The notes beneath the pieces were generated by a model. The model did no database searches. It saw nothing but the letters and a program-made list of their open reading frames with translations, and had not been told where the DNA came from. Below are positions 10,078 to 19,553 of a DNA stretch of 64,000 bases, piece after piece. The stretch is from positions 1-64,000 of the forward strand of contig CAVYNY010000011.1 in the NCBI GenBank assembly GCA_963769935.1, in the 5' to 3' direction. Made by a program: the position numbers and the translations under genes. Position 1 is the first letter of the stretch. Every line of letters starts with the position of its first letter. The DNA comes from an uncultured delta proteobacterium (GTDB lineage Bacteria > Desulfobacterota > Desulfobacteria > Desulfobacterales > JAFDCJ01).

Positions 10078-11052
10078 ATGTCCCTGCTGGAAATTCGCAA
10101 TCTCCGCACCCACTTTAAGACCCCGCACGGCACGGTTCGGGCGGTCGACGATGTCAGTCTCGACATCGGGGCCGGGGATGTGCTGGGTATCGTCGGAGAA
10201 TCCGGCTGCGGTAAAAGCGTTCTGTCCTTGTCGATTCTGCGGTTGCTGTCGATGCCTCCGGCCTTTTTTGCCGGCGGGCAAATTATATTCGACGGCCGGG
10301 ACCTGCTCCAGGCCACGGCCGAGGAGGTGCGCAGGATCCGCGGCAACCGGATCAGCATGATTTTTCAGGAGCCCATGTCGGCCCTGAATCCGGTGTTTAC
10401 CATCGGCAACCAGCTGTCGGAGGTTTTCCGGGTCCACTGGTCCCTGGGGGGATCAAAAGCCCTGGCAAAATCCGTGGAAATGCTGGAAACAGTGGGGGTG
10501 CCGGCCCCGCACCGGCGGATAAGGGAATATCCCTATCAGCTGTCCGGCGGCATGCGGCAGCGGGTGATGATCGCCATGGCCCTGGCCTGCCGCCCTGCAC
10601 TTCTGATCGCCGACGAGCCCACTACCGCACTGGATGTCACCATTCAGGCCCAGATTTTGGAACTCATGGGCCAACTGCGCGATGAACTGGGCACCGCCAT
10701 CGTAATCATTTCCCATGACCTGGGAGTGATTGCCGAAACCGCCGGCCGGGTGGCGGTCATGTACACCGGTCAGATCATGGAATCAGCCGACACGCTGTCG
10801 CTCTTCGCAAATCCGCTGCATCCTTACACCCGGGGGCTTATGCAAGCCATTCCCTCGCTGGTTAAAGGTGCCGCTCAGACCGAGCTTTACGAAATTGCGG
10901 GTGCCGTTCCCAGCCTTTTGGACCTGCCGACGGGTTGCCCTTTCAATCCCCGCTGTCCGCTGGTCGATGCAATCTGCCGCAATCAGAAACCGGCCCTGCG
11001 TGAAGTTGCCGACGGCCACCGGGTGGCCTGCTGGATGGTGGAGCATGCCTGA
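10078..11052 (+). CDS. Dpp/Opp-family ABC ATP-binding subunit (DppD-like)
   Basis: [20 protein letters not shown]...GCPFNPRC C-terminal domain. Confidence 0.93.
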   Translation: MSLLEIRNLRTHFKTPHGTVRAVDDVSLDIGAGDVLGIVGESGCGKSVLSLSILRLLSMPPAFFAGGQIIFDGRDLLQATAEEVRRIRGNRISMIFQEPMSALNPVFTIGNQLSEVFRVHWSLGGSKALAKSVEMLETVGVPAPHRRIREYPYQLSGGMRQRVMIAMALACRPALLIADEPTTALDVTIQAQILELMGQLRDELGTAIVIISHDLGVIAETAGRVAVMYTGQIMESADTLSLFANPLHPYTRGLMQAIPSLVKGAAQTELYEIAGAVPSLLDLPTGCPFNPRCPLVDAICRNQKPALREVADGHRVACWMVEHA

Positions 11053-12055
11053 GCTGCTGGAAGTCTACAATCTGGTCAAGCACTTTCCGGTGCGCCGCGG
11101 TCTGCTGCGCAGCCGCCGGGAGTATGTCCATGCCGTAGACGGCATCTCTTTCAGTCTGGGACCGGAAGAGACGCTGGGTCTGGTGGGCGAGTCGGGCTGC
11201 GGCAAATCCACCGCCGGCCGGGCCATTTTGCGGCTGATCCGGCCCACTGCCGGTCAGGTTTATTTCAAAGGCGAGGATGTTCTGGCGATGAATACCCTGC
11301 AGGAGCGCCGGATGCGGCGCCAAATGCAGATGATTTTTCAGGACCCCTTCGGCTCGCTGAATCCCCGGCTGACCGTCGAGCGCATCGTGGAAGAGCCTTT
11401 GGTGACGCACAAGGCCGGCGGCAATCGCCAACGACGGGAGCGGGTGGCCGAAATTCTGCGCACCGTGGGGCTCCTGCCCGAGCACATGCAGCGATTCCCC
11501 CACGAGTTTTCCGGCGGTCAGCGCCAGCGGATCATGATCGCGCGGGCCCTGGTGCTGCAGCCCGATCTGATCATCGGCGACGAGCCGGTTTCCGCGCTGG
11601 ATGTTTCGGTGCAAGCCCAGATCATCAATTTGATGGTGCGGCTGCAGCGGCAGTTCCGGTTTTCATACATTATTATTTCCCATGACCTGAGCGTTATCCG
11701 GCATGTCAGCCACCGGGTGGCGGTGATGTACCTGGGAGAGATCGTGGAGATGTCTGCGGCCGAGGCCCTGTACGAATCGCCCCGCCATCCTTACACCCTG
11801 GCTTTGCTGTCGGCCGTACCGGTGGCCGATCCGCGCCGCAAACGACAGCGGATCATCTTACGCGGGGACGTGCCTTCCCCGCTGAATCCTCCGCCGGGAT
11901 GCCGTTTCCATCCGCGCTGCCCGCAGCGCATGTCCGTCTGTGAACGGGAGGCCCCGGTCATGCGCCGGGTCGCCGACGGCCATCTGACCGCCTGCCACCT
12001 GCACCGCGACGGCCCCGAGTGGCGCCCGACCGCACCCGGCGCATCGTCCCCGTAA
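11045..12055 (+). CDS. Dpp/Opp-family ABC ATP-binding subunit (DppF-like)
   Basis: [31 protein letters not shown] overlaps the upstream stop. Confidence 0.93.
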   Translation: MPELLEVYNLVKHFPVRRGLLRSRREYVHAVDGISFSLGPEETLGLVGESGCGKSTAGRAILRLIRPTAGQVYFKGEDVLAMNTLQERRMRRQMQMIFQDPFGSLNPRLTVERIVEEPLVTHKAGGNRQRRERVAEILRTVGLLPEHMQRFPHEFSGGQRQRIMIARALVLQPDLIIGDEPVSALDVSVQAQIINLMVRLQRQFRFSYIIISHDLSVIRHVSHRVAVMYLGEIVEMSAAEALYESPRHPYTLALLSAVPVADPRRKRQRIILRGDVPSPLNPPPGCRFHPRCPQRMSVCEREAPVMRRVADGHLTACHLHRDGPEWRPTAPGASSP

Positions 12056-12134
12056 GGGCGACGCACCAACGCAATGTCGGCAAGTTGATTAGAAACAGAA
12101 ACACGCACAACTCAAACGAAAAGGAGGTTATGTC

Positions 12135-13631
12135 ATGAAAAAATGCGCTTTCCTAACCCTGGCCGTATTCATTTGTCTGGCGCTGGCCGGCGCTCCGGCT
12201 GCGATGGCTGCGTCGGACACCCTGGTGGTGATGCAGGAGGCCGAGCCCGTCGGCCTGGATCTGATGCAAAGCTCCATCCAGACCACCATGAGCGTCTGCT
12301 ACAACATTCACGACACCCTGTTCCACCCCCAGGAGGATGCATCCGTGTTGCCGGCTCTGGCCGAAAAGTGGGAGAAAGTCGACGACCTGACCTGGAAAAT
12401 CACCCTGCGCAAGGATGCCGTGTTTCACAACGGCGAACCGGTCAACGCGGCGGCTGTCAAATTTTCCTATGATCGCATCAATAACGAGGCGCTGAAAAGC
12501 CCCAACCGGGGCAAGCTGTCGGCATTCACCGAGCTGAATGTAATCGACGACTACACCTTTACCATAAAAACTGCCGAACCTTATGCTCCCGGCCTTTACA
12601 TGCTGGGATACTACCTGCCGATTGTGCCGCCCAAGTACATCCAGGAAGTGGGCGACAGCAAGTACAACACCGATCCGATCGGCAGCGGCCCCTACCGCCT
12701 GAAGAAGTGGGTGCGGGGTGAAGAGATCGTGCTGGAGGCTTTCGACAAATATTACGGCCCCCAGCCGGCCTACAAGAACCTTATTTTCAAGGCTTCCCCT
12801 GAGGAGGCCTCCCGCATTGCCGCCCTGCTGACCGGCGAAGCCCAGGTCATCAGCGGTGTTCCGGTCCACGAGCGCAAGAAGATCCAGGATTCCGGCAAGG
12901 CCTACTTGACGCCGCAGATGGGTGTGATGCCTTACATGGGGATCAATACCTATGAAGCGCCCTTCGACGATGTGCGGGTCCGCCAGGCGATCAACTACGC
13001 CATCGACAGGGAGCTGATCAACAAGGCGCTGTTCGACGGCCAGGCGATCATCTGCGCCGGCCCCATCAGTCCCCGTACCTTCGGTGCCAGTCCCAGATTG
13101 AAGCCGTATCCCTACGATCCGGCCAAGAGCCGGGCCCTGCTCAAGGAAGCCGGTCATCCCGACGGCATCCAGGCGCGGCTGGCCTATCCCACCTATATGT
13201 CCCAGATCCAGGAGCAGGCCGAGGCGATTGCCGCCAACATGGGCAAGGCCGGCATCAACGTCACCCTGGAACCGTTTGAGCGGGCCGTGATGTGGGAGCG
13301 CTACAAGGGTAAAAAACACCAGCTCTTCATCTACTGGTGGGACGATGCCCCCGAGCCGGATCGCTACATGTACTCCCTGTTTAATTCCAAGAGCCGGGAC
13401 TACTACTACAAAAACCCGGCTGTCGACGAACTGCTGGACAAGGGGCGCACCATTATGGACCGCACCGAGCGCGCCAAAGTCTACGCCCAGATCGATGAAA
13501 TGCTTTACCAGGACGCCCCCTGGGCCTTCCTGTATGTGGTGCCCGAGGTCTTCGGGGTGGCCAACGATGTCGACTACCAGGGACGCCGCGACGGCTTCCT
13601 GAACATGCGTTACGCCAAACCCAAGATGTAA
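12135..13631 (+). CDS. Family-5 ABC substrate-binding protein
   Basis: Signal peptide, LAEKWE, FHNGEP, PIGSGPY, VRQAINYAIDR. Confidence 0.93.
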   Translation: MKKCAFLTLAVFICLALAGAPAAMAASDTLVVMQEAEPVGLDLMQSSIQTTMSVCYNIHDTLFHPQEDASVLPALAEKWEKVDDLTWKITLRKDAVFHNGEPVNAAAVKFSYDRINNEALKSPNRGKLSAFTELNVIDDYTFTIKTAEPYAPGLYMLGYYLPIVPPKYIQEVGDSKYNTDPIGSGPYRLKKWVRGEEIVLEAFDKYYGPQPAYKNLIFKASPEEASRIAALLTGEAQVISGVPVHERKKIQDSGKAYLTPQMGVMPYMGINTYEAPFDDVRVRQAINYAIDRELINKALFDGQAIICAGPISPRTFGASPRLKPYPYDPAKSRALLKEAGHPDGIQARLAYPTYMSQIQEQAEAIAANMGKAGINVTLEPFERAVMWERYKGKKHQLFIYWWDDAPEPDRYMYSLFNSKSRDYYYKNPAVDELLDKGRTIMDRTERAKVYAQIDEMLYQDAPWAFLYVVPEVFGVANDVDYQGRRDGFLNMRYAKPKM

Positions 13632-13642
13632 ATCTGTTAAGC

Positions 13643-13665
13643 CGGGGCCGCCCCGGGCGGCCCCG
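13643..13665 (+). other. GC-rich stem-loop after the SBP gene (no U-tract; likely an mRNA stabiliser)
   Basis: CGGGGCCGCCC-C-GGGCGGCCCCG. Confidence 0.6.
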
Positions 13666-13677
13666 AATCTGGTAGCG

Positions 13678-13844
13678 ATTGAATATTTTCGATTGAATAT
13701 TGAATATTTAAGGTATTCTTCCGATTTAATAAAGAAGGAGCATCACGCGGCGCAAGCGCCTGCGCTGCGCGAGCGACATCCACCAATATTCAATTTACAA
13801 TCTTCAATTTTCAATTCTCCGCCTCAAGGCGGATCCAGGTTAGG
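13678..13844. repeat. Inverted heptamer-array cassette (ATTGAAT...ATTCAAT) ending in CCGCC-N3-GGCGGATCCAGGTTAGG
   Basis: Tandem ATTGAAT units on the left arm, ATTCAAT/TCTTCAAT units on the right arm. Confidence 0.8.
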
Positions 13845-13849
13845 ACATC

Positions 13850-14776
13850 ATGCTGCAATACCTGTTTAAAAGACTCTGGCACACTGTTTATGTCATTATC
13901 GGCATTTCGGTGATCAGTTTCTTTTTTATCCACCTGTCCGGGGATCCGGTGATGCTCATGCTGCCGGCCGACGCCTCCAACCAGGAGATCGAAGACCTGC
14001 GGCAACAGCTCGGGTTCAATGATCCCATCTACGTTCAGTACCTGCGGTTTGCCTGGCAGGCGCTGCGCGGTGAGTTCGGCCAGTCGCTGTATTACAAGAT
14101 TCCGGCTATGCAGCTGATCCTCGAACGGCTGCCGGCCAGCCTTGAACTGGCGGTGGCTGCCATGCTGATTGCGCTGGTGGTGGCGGTGCCCATTGGTATT
14201 ATCTCGGCGGTGCGCCGCGGGTCGCTGCTGGACATGGGCAGCATGTTCGGCGCTCTGTTCGGTCTGTCCATGCCGCATTTCTGGCTGGGAATCATGCTGA
14301 TTATGATTTTTTCGGTCAAACTGGGCTGGCTGCCGACCTCGGGCCGGGGCACTCTGGCGCACCTGATCATGCCGTCCGTGGCGCTGGGGTTGAGCCTGAT
14401 GGCCATGTTCGCCCGTCTGACACGTTCGGTGATGCTCGAAGTGTTGAGCCTGGATTACATCCGCACGGCCCGCTCCAAAGGGCTCAAAGAACGGATCGTC
14501 GTTGCCAAACATGCTTTCAAGAATGCGCTGATCCCGCTTGTCACCGTGGCCGGCATGCAGTTCGGGTTTTTGCTGGGCGGCACGGTCATCATCGAGACCG
14601 TTTTTGCCTGGCCGGGTGTCGGCCGCCTCGTGGTCCAGGCGATTTTCAACCGGGACTACCCCCTGGTGCAGGCCGTCGTTCTGGTGCTGGCGGTGATCTT
14701 CGTTGCGGTCAACTTCATCGTCGACATGCTTTATATGTATTTGGACCCCCAGATCAGCTATTTCGAGGACAAATGA
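13850..14776 (+). CDS. Dpp/Opp ABC permease (DppB-like)
   Basis: GDP...QYL; DYIRTARSKGL; ETVFAWPGVGRL. Confidence 0.93.
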   Translation: MLQYLFKRLWHTVYVIIGISVISFFFIHLSGDPVMLMLPADASNQEIEDLRQQLGFNDPIYVQYLRFAWQALRGEFGQSLYYKIPAMQLILERLPASLELAVAAMLIALVVAVPIGIISAVRRGSLLDMGSMFGALFGLSMPHFWLGIMLIMIFSVKLGWLPTSGRGTLAHLIMPSVALGLSLMAMFARLTRSVMLEVLSLDYIRTARSKGLKERIVVAKHAFKNALIPLVTVAGMQFGFLLGGTVIIETVFAWPGVGRLVVQAIFNRDYPLVQAVVLVLAVIFVAVNFIVDMLYMYLDPQISYFEDK

Positions 14777-15687
14777 ACCAGCAGGCTGCTGCCAAAGCAT
14801 CCATTTTCGAAGATATCACGCCCCGGCTGCGGTTTATGACCGAGACCCTGCGGGAGGTGGCCCGGCGCCCCAGCGCCCTGCTGGGCGGGATCATGATTAC
14901 AGCCATCCTGCTGACCAGTGTTTGTTTCCCCCTCTTTTATCCGGTGGATCCCCTGGAGCAGGATTTGCTGGCTCGCTTCACACCGCCGGTCTGGCAGGAA
15001 GGCGGCAGCTGGGTTTACCCCCTGGGGGCGGACAACCTCGGCCGCGATGTATTGGCCCGCCTGCTCTACGGCAGCCGGGTGTCGCTGCTGGTCGGCTTTG
15101 CGGCCGTGCTGGTGGCGGAGCTGGCCGGGATCATGCTGGGGCTTTTTTCAGGCTACTACGGCGGCAAACTCGACAGCCTGATCATGCGGGTGGCCGACAT
15201 CTTCATGGCCTACCCCTTTATGCTGCTGACCATATCGGTCATCGCCGTGCTGGGAACCTCGATCTTCAACCTGATCCTGGTGCTGGGACTTTCCGACTGG
15301 GTGACCTATGCCCGCACTATCCGGGGCAGCGTCCTGTCCCTCAAGGAAAAGGAGTTCGTGGAAGCCTCGCGGGCCATCGGCACCCCCCACCGGGTGATCA
15401 TCTTCCGGCACATCCTGCCGAACGTGATTTCACCGCTGCTGGTACTCGGCACACTGCGGGTGGCCAACATCATCATCTGGGAAAGCGGACTTTCTTTCCT
15501 GGGCATGGGCGTGCCGCCGCCGATGCCCACCTGGGGGCGAATGCTGGCGGAAGGCCGGCTTTACATTACCGACGCCTGGTGGCTGGTGACCTTGCCCGGT
15601 GTGGCCATCATGCTGACCATTTTGTCGATCAACCTGTTGGGAGACGGCCTGCGGGATGCTTTGGATCCGCGGCTTCGCAACATTTGA
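14773..15687 (+). CDS. Dpp/Opp ABC permease (DppC-like)
   Basis: LGADNLGRDVLARLLYG; EFVEASRAIG; GDGLRDALDP. Confidence 0.93.
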   Translation: MNQQAAAKASIFEDITPRLRFMTETLREVARRPSALLGGIMITAILLTSVCFPLFYPVDPLEQDLLARFTPPVWQEGGSWVYPLGADNLGRDVLARLLYGSRVSLLVGFAAVLVAELAGIMLGLFSGYYGGKLDSLIMRVADIFMAYPFMLLTISVIAVLGTSIFNLILVLGLSDWVTYARTIRGSVLSLKEKEFVEASRAIGTPHRVIIFRHILPNVISPLLVLGTLRVANIIIWESGLSFLGMGVPPPMPTWGRMLAEGRLYITDAWWLVTLPGVAIMLTILSINLLGDGLRDALDPRLRNI

Positions 15688-15706
15688 CGCTTAGAAGGGA
15701 AAAAAA

Positions 15707-16894
15707 ATGACGAAAGTACTGGTGCTGGGCCTCGGCCTGCAAGGCAAGGCGGTTATTCACGATCTGGAGCAGAGTGATCTGGTGTCCGAAGTCGTGGTGG
15801 CGGACATCGACCCGCAGGCAATGCAGGGCTTTTTCGAACGCAAAGGCTACCGCAGGTGCCGGGCGGTTGGACTGGACGCCGCCCGGCCGGGAGCTTTGTC
15901 GGAGCTGATCGAAACGGTCGGACCGCAGATTACTATCAGCATGCTGCCGGCCGACTTCAATTATCCCGCTGCCCGGGCGGCCCTGACGGCCGGGTGCAAC
16001 TTTGTCAGCAGCAGTTACGCCGGCCGGGTGGCCGAACTGGATGCGGAAGCCCGGGCCCAGGGGGTCACCCTTTTGCCCGAAATGGGAATGGACCCCGGGA
16101 TCGACCTCGTCCTCGGACGCCTGGCCGTGGACGAACTGGACGTGGTGCACGGTCTGTACTCATACGGGACCGGCCTGCCCGAGCCCGGTTGTGCCGGGGA
16201 CAACCCCCTGCATTACAAGATCACCTGGACTTTCGACGGCGTCCTGAAAGCCTACAAGCGATCCTCCCGCATCCTGAAAGATGGCAAGGAAGTGGCCATC
16301 GCCGGAGAGGAAATTTTCAGGGACGAGCACGGCCACACCCTTGAGATCCCGGGACTCGGACCGCTGGAGGCCTATCCCAATGGCGACGCCATCCACTACA
16401 TCCAGGTTTTTGGGCTCGGACCCGAAGTCCGGGATATGGGCCGTTTTGCTTTGCGGTATCCCGGACACCGGCGCTTCTGGGCGGTGATGGCCGGGCTGGG
16501 GTTTCTGGACGACGCACCTCTGCCGGTCGACGGCGGGTCGATTTCTCCCCGGCAGTTTTTGGTCCGGCACCTGACGCCGAAACTTCAGTTCGCCGACGAT
16601 GAACGCGACGTCATCATCCTGCGGGTGAACGCCTGGGGACTCAAGCAAAACCGGCAGCGACGGGTGACCTACCAGCTCATCGATTACCGGGACCTCACCT
16701 CCGGACTGTTTGCCATGAATCGGACGGTGGGTTACACCGCCAGCATCGCGGCGCAGATGATTCTCAAAGGGCAGATCACGGCTGCCGGGGTTCTGTCTCC
16801 GACCCGGGATGTGCCCCCCAAGGATCTGCTGCGCGAACTCAAGGCCCGGGGGATGCAGGTCGAGCATCGGATTGAAGAAAGCGAGAACCTTTAA
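15707..16894 (+). CDS. Saccharopine dehydrogenase-family oxidoreductase (lysine 6-dehydrogenase-like)
   Basis: Rossmann VLVLGLGLQG; GMDPGID; NPLHYKITWT; LRYPGH; AMNRTVGY. Confidence 0.88.
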   Translation: MTKVLVLGLGLQGKAVIHDLEQSDLVSEVVVADIDPQAMQGFFERKGYRRCRAVGLDAARPGALSELIETVGPQITISMLPADFNYPAARAALTAGCNFVSSSYAGRVAELDAEARAQGVTLLPEMGMDPGIDLVLGRLAVDELDVVHGLYSYGTGLPEPGCAGDNPLHYKITWTFDGVLKAYKRSSRILKDGKEVAIAGEEIFRDEHGHTLEIPGLGPLEAYPNGDAIHYIQVFGLGPEVRDMGRFALRYPGHRRFWAVMAGLGFLDDAPLPVDGGSISPRQFLVRHLTPKLQFADDERDVIILRVNAWGLKQNRQRRVTYQLIDYRDLTSGLFAMNRTVGYTASIAAQMILKGQITAAGVLSPTRDVPPKDLLRELKARGMQVEHRIEESENL

Positions 16895-16898
16895 GCGG

Positions 16899-18095
16899 AT
16901 GGAACGGGAACCCGAACATACAGACGAACTGGAAAAACGCATCCAGCGCCGGGTCGGCGCCCGGGTCCGTGAACTGCGGCAGGCGGCCGGAATTACGGCC
17001 GTCGTCCTGGCCGGTCAGGCCGGCCTCTCCCAGGGGCAGCTTTCCAAGATCGAAAATGGCAAGGCCACACTGTCGGTAAAGACCCTGGCGTGCCTGTGTC
17101 GGATTTTCGACCGTCCGGTGGGCTACCTCTTTCAGAGCTTGCATGAGATGCCCCGGGTGCTGGGAACGCTGACCACGGTCAGAGGTCCGGAAAACGAAGG
17201 CATCCACTGGTTTGCCGAGGAGGTCCGCAAATTGGCCGGCGGGAATCTGCAGCTGATCCCTCTGCGCCCTTCCCAGATCGGTTCCGCCGTCGATCAGGTC
17301 GATCAGCTCAAGGACGGCCTCATCGATCTGTTCGTGGAAGAGCTTTTCTATTATGGCAAGTTTGTCGATGGGTTCAAGTTTTTTTCGCTGCCGTATGCCT
17401 TCAATTCCGAAGCGCACCGTCAGGCCTTTCTCGGCAGCCGGTTTTTTCAGCAGCAACTGTTCGAACCGATGCGCCGGGAGGGGATCCGCCTGATCAATCG
17501 GCAATGGAACTGGCTGCGGGGGCTGGAGTGGGTGCTGGCTGCCAACCGGCCTGTGGCCGCCCCCCAGGATCTGCGCGGTCTTAAAGTCCGGGTAGTCGAA
17601 AACCCATTGATGCATCGATTCTGGCAGGCGTTGGGTGCCCGTCCGGTAGCGGTTCCCTGGTCGGAGGTCATAGCGGCCCTGCGATCCGGCGACATCGATG
17701 TGCTGCCCACCCACAAGGCCCACCTCTATCCCCTGGAATTTTGCCGTTACGTCCGCTATATTTCGCTGCTCGGGGACCTGTCGCCGGTGTTGAGCGTGGC
17801 CGTCAACGAGGCCAAATACCGGATCCTGTCCCCCGAAATTCAGAAGGCCCTGTTGGAGGCCTGCGACCGGGCCGGTGTTTTTTTCAGCCGCCACGTACGG
17901 CAATCTGAGATTGAAAACGAGCAGTTGAACATCCGGCGCTTCAAGGCGGTCTACCTCAAGGTTTCGCTTGATCCCTGGTACGAGGCTGTCGCCCGGGCGC
18001 GTCGTGACCTGTTGGCCGAGAGGCTGCTGGATTCAGACACGGCCGCGGCCGTTGACGCCGCCGGCCGGATAGAAGAAGAGACCCAAGCGTCATGA
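16899..18095 (+). CDS. XRE-family HTH fused to a TRAP DctP-like substrate-binding domain; putative one-component regulator
   Basis: RVRELRQ...LSQGQLSKIENGK, then DctP features (LPYAF, DLRGLKVRV, ALGARPVAVPWSEVIAALRSGDID); no signal peptide. Confidence 0.85.
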   Translation: MEREPEHTDELEKRIQRRVGARVRELRQAAGITAVVLAGQAGLSQGQLSKIENGKATLSVKTLACLCRIFDRPVGYLFQSLHEMPRVLGTLTTVRGPENEGIHWFAEEVRKLAGGNLQLIPLRPSQIGSAVDQVDQLKDGLIDLFVEELFYYGKFVDGFKFFSLPYAFNSEAHRQAFLGSRFFQQQLFEPMRREGIRLINRQWNWLRGLEWVLAANRPVAAPQDLRGLKVRVVENPLMHRFWQALGARPVAVPWSEVIAALRSGDIDVLPTHKAHLYPLEFCRYVRYISLLGDLSPVLSVAVNEAKYRILSPEIQKALLEACDRAGVFFSRHVRQSEIENEQLNIRRFKAVYLKVSLDPWYEAVARARRDLLAERLLDSDTAAAVDAAGRIEEETQAS

Positions 18096-19468
18096 GCAAA
18101 TGGACAACCAAAATTCTGGCCGACTATGTCGGCGACATGGCGCAAACGAGGCTGGACACTGCAGTTGCCGGGGCTGCCGCCAATGTCCTGATCGACCTGA
18201 TCGGCTGCGCGGCGGGCGGGTTTGATTCAGCGGCGGCCCGGGCCACGCGGCAGACGGTTGGTCAACTCTATGCCGACGGCCCGGCCGTCATCTGGTTTGG
18301 TTCAATCCAGCGGCGGGCCGAAGGCGCCGCCATGGCCAACAGCACCGCGGCCAGCGCCCTGGATCTGGACGACGGCCACCGGCGCGCCGGCGGCCATCCC
18401 GGGGCGGCCATCGTGCCTGCGGTCCTGGCAGTGGGACCGACAGCCGGAGGCTCTGGCGGAGCCGCCGGAAGAGAACTGATTGCCGCCATCGCGGCCGGAT
18501 ACGAGGTGGCCGTGCGGATTGCCGCCGCACGCGATTTCAAGCGGCTGGACACCCTATCCACCGGGCGCTGGTGTGCTTACGGCACAGTTGCCGCCGCCGG
18601 CCTGCTCAGCCGAGATGATCCCGCCACCCTGGCCCAGGCGTTTGCCATTGCCGGCGTCCTGTCGCCGGGGCTCTCGGCGGCGGGCTACAGCACGGTGATG
18701 GGCAATCAGGCCAAGGAGGGAATCCCGTGGGCGGTGATGACGGGGCTGACGGCCCTGGAAATGGCGCGGCGAGGATTCACCGGACCGCTCGACATCCTGG
18801 ATCACCCGGATTATTTTGATGCGGCTGCCATCACCGCCGGGCTGGGCACCGGCAGGGCGCTGCAGTCGGTTTATTTTAAGCCCTATGCCTGCTGCCGTTG
18901 GATCCATTCGGCCCTGGATGCGATCATTAATCTTGTTAAGGACCACCATCTGGCTGCGGACGATATTCAGACGGTGGACGTATTCACCTTTGAGCGCACG
19001 CTGCGGCTCAACAACTATGCCGATCCCGCCACCCTCGAAGGGGCGCAGTACAGCCTGCCGTTCTGCCTCGCGGTGGCCGCGGTCGGCGGGGCCGAGGCGT
19101 TGATGCCGTTTTCCCCGGACTGGCTGCAGCGGCCGGACATTGTGGCGCTGGCGCGCCGGGTAAATCTGCATGTCGACCCCGCACTGGATGAGCGGTTTCC
19201 GAAAGAAACCGGCGCCCGGGTTTGCCTGCAGGCTGCCGGCGGAGTTCTCGAACAGACCATCCGGCATCCGGTCGGGGACCCGGCCAATCCGATGGATAAA
19301 ATCCAATTGACGGCCAAGTTCAAAAAGTTGTCGGCGGGAATCATTTCGCCGCAGGATCAGGCCGATTTACTGGCGCTGATCGATCAACTGGCCGACCTGG
19401 CGGATACTGCTCAAATTGTGGCCTGCCTAAGCGGACCCGATGCCGGGGATGCATCCCATAAGCGCTAA
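18092..19468 (+). CDS. MmgE/PrpD family protein
   Basis: LDLDDGH...GHPG; GYEVAVRI; YFKPYACCRWIH; AQYSLPF; GDPANPM. Confidence 0.92.
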   Translation: MSKWTTKILADYVGDMAQTRLDTAVAGAAANVLIDLIGCAAGGFDSAAARATRQTVGQLYADGPAVIWFGSIQRRAEGAAMANSTAASALDLDDGHRRAGGHPGAAIVPAVLAVGPTAGGSGGAAGRELIAAIAAGYEVAVRIAAARDFKRLDTLSTGRWCAYGTVAAAGLLSRDDPATLAQAFAIAGVLSPGLSAAGYSTVMGNQAKEGIPWAVMTGLTALEMARRGFTGPLDILDHPDYFDAAAITAGLGTGRALQSVYFKPYACCRWIHSALDAIINLVKDHHLAADDIQTVDVFTFERTLRLNNYADPATLEGAQYSLPFCLAVAAVGGAEALMPFSPDWLQRPDIVALARRVNLHVDPALDERFPKETGARVCLQAAGGVLEQTIRHPVGDPANPMDKIQLTAKFKKLSAGIISPQDQADLLALIDQLADLADTAQIVACLSGPDAGDASHKR

Positions 19469-19553
19469 GCATTTTTGCCAGGCGGGTTATAAAAGAACGG
19501 ACCTATATACAAAATTTAGGATAAACGGCATTCGAATAGAAAGGAGGCCAACC

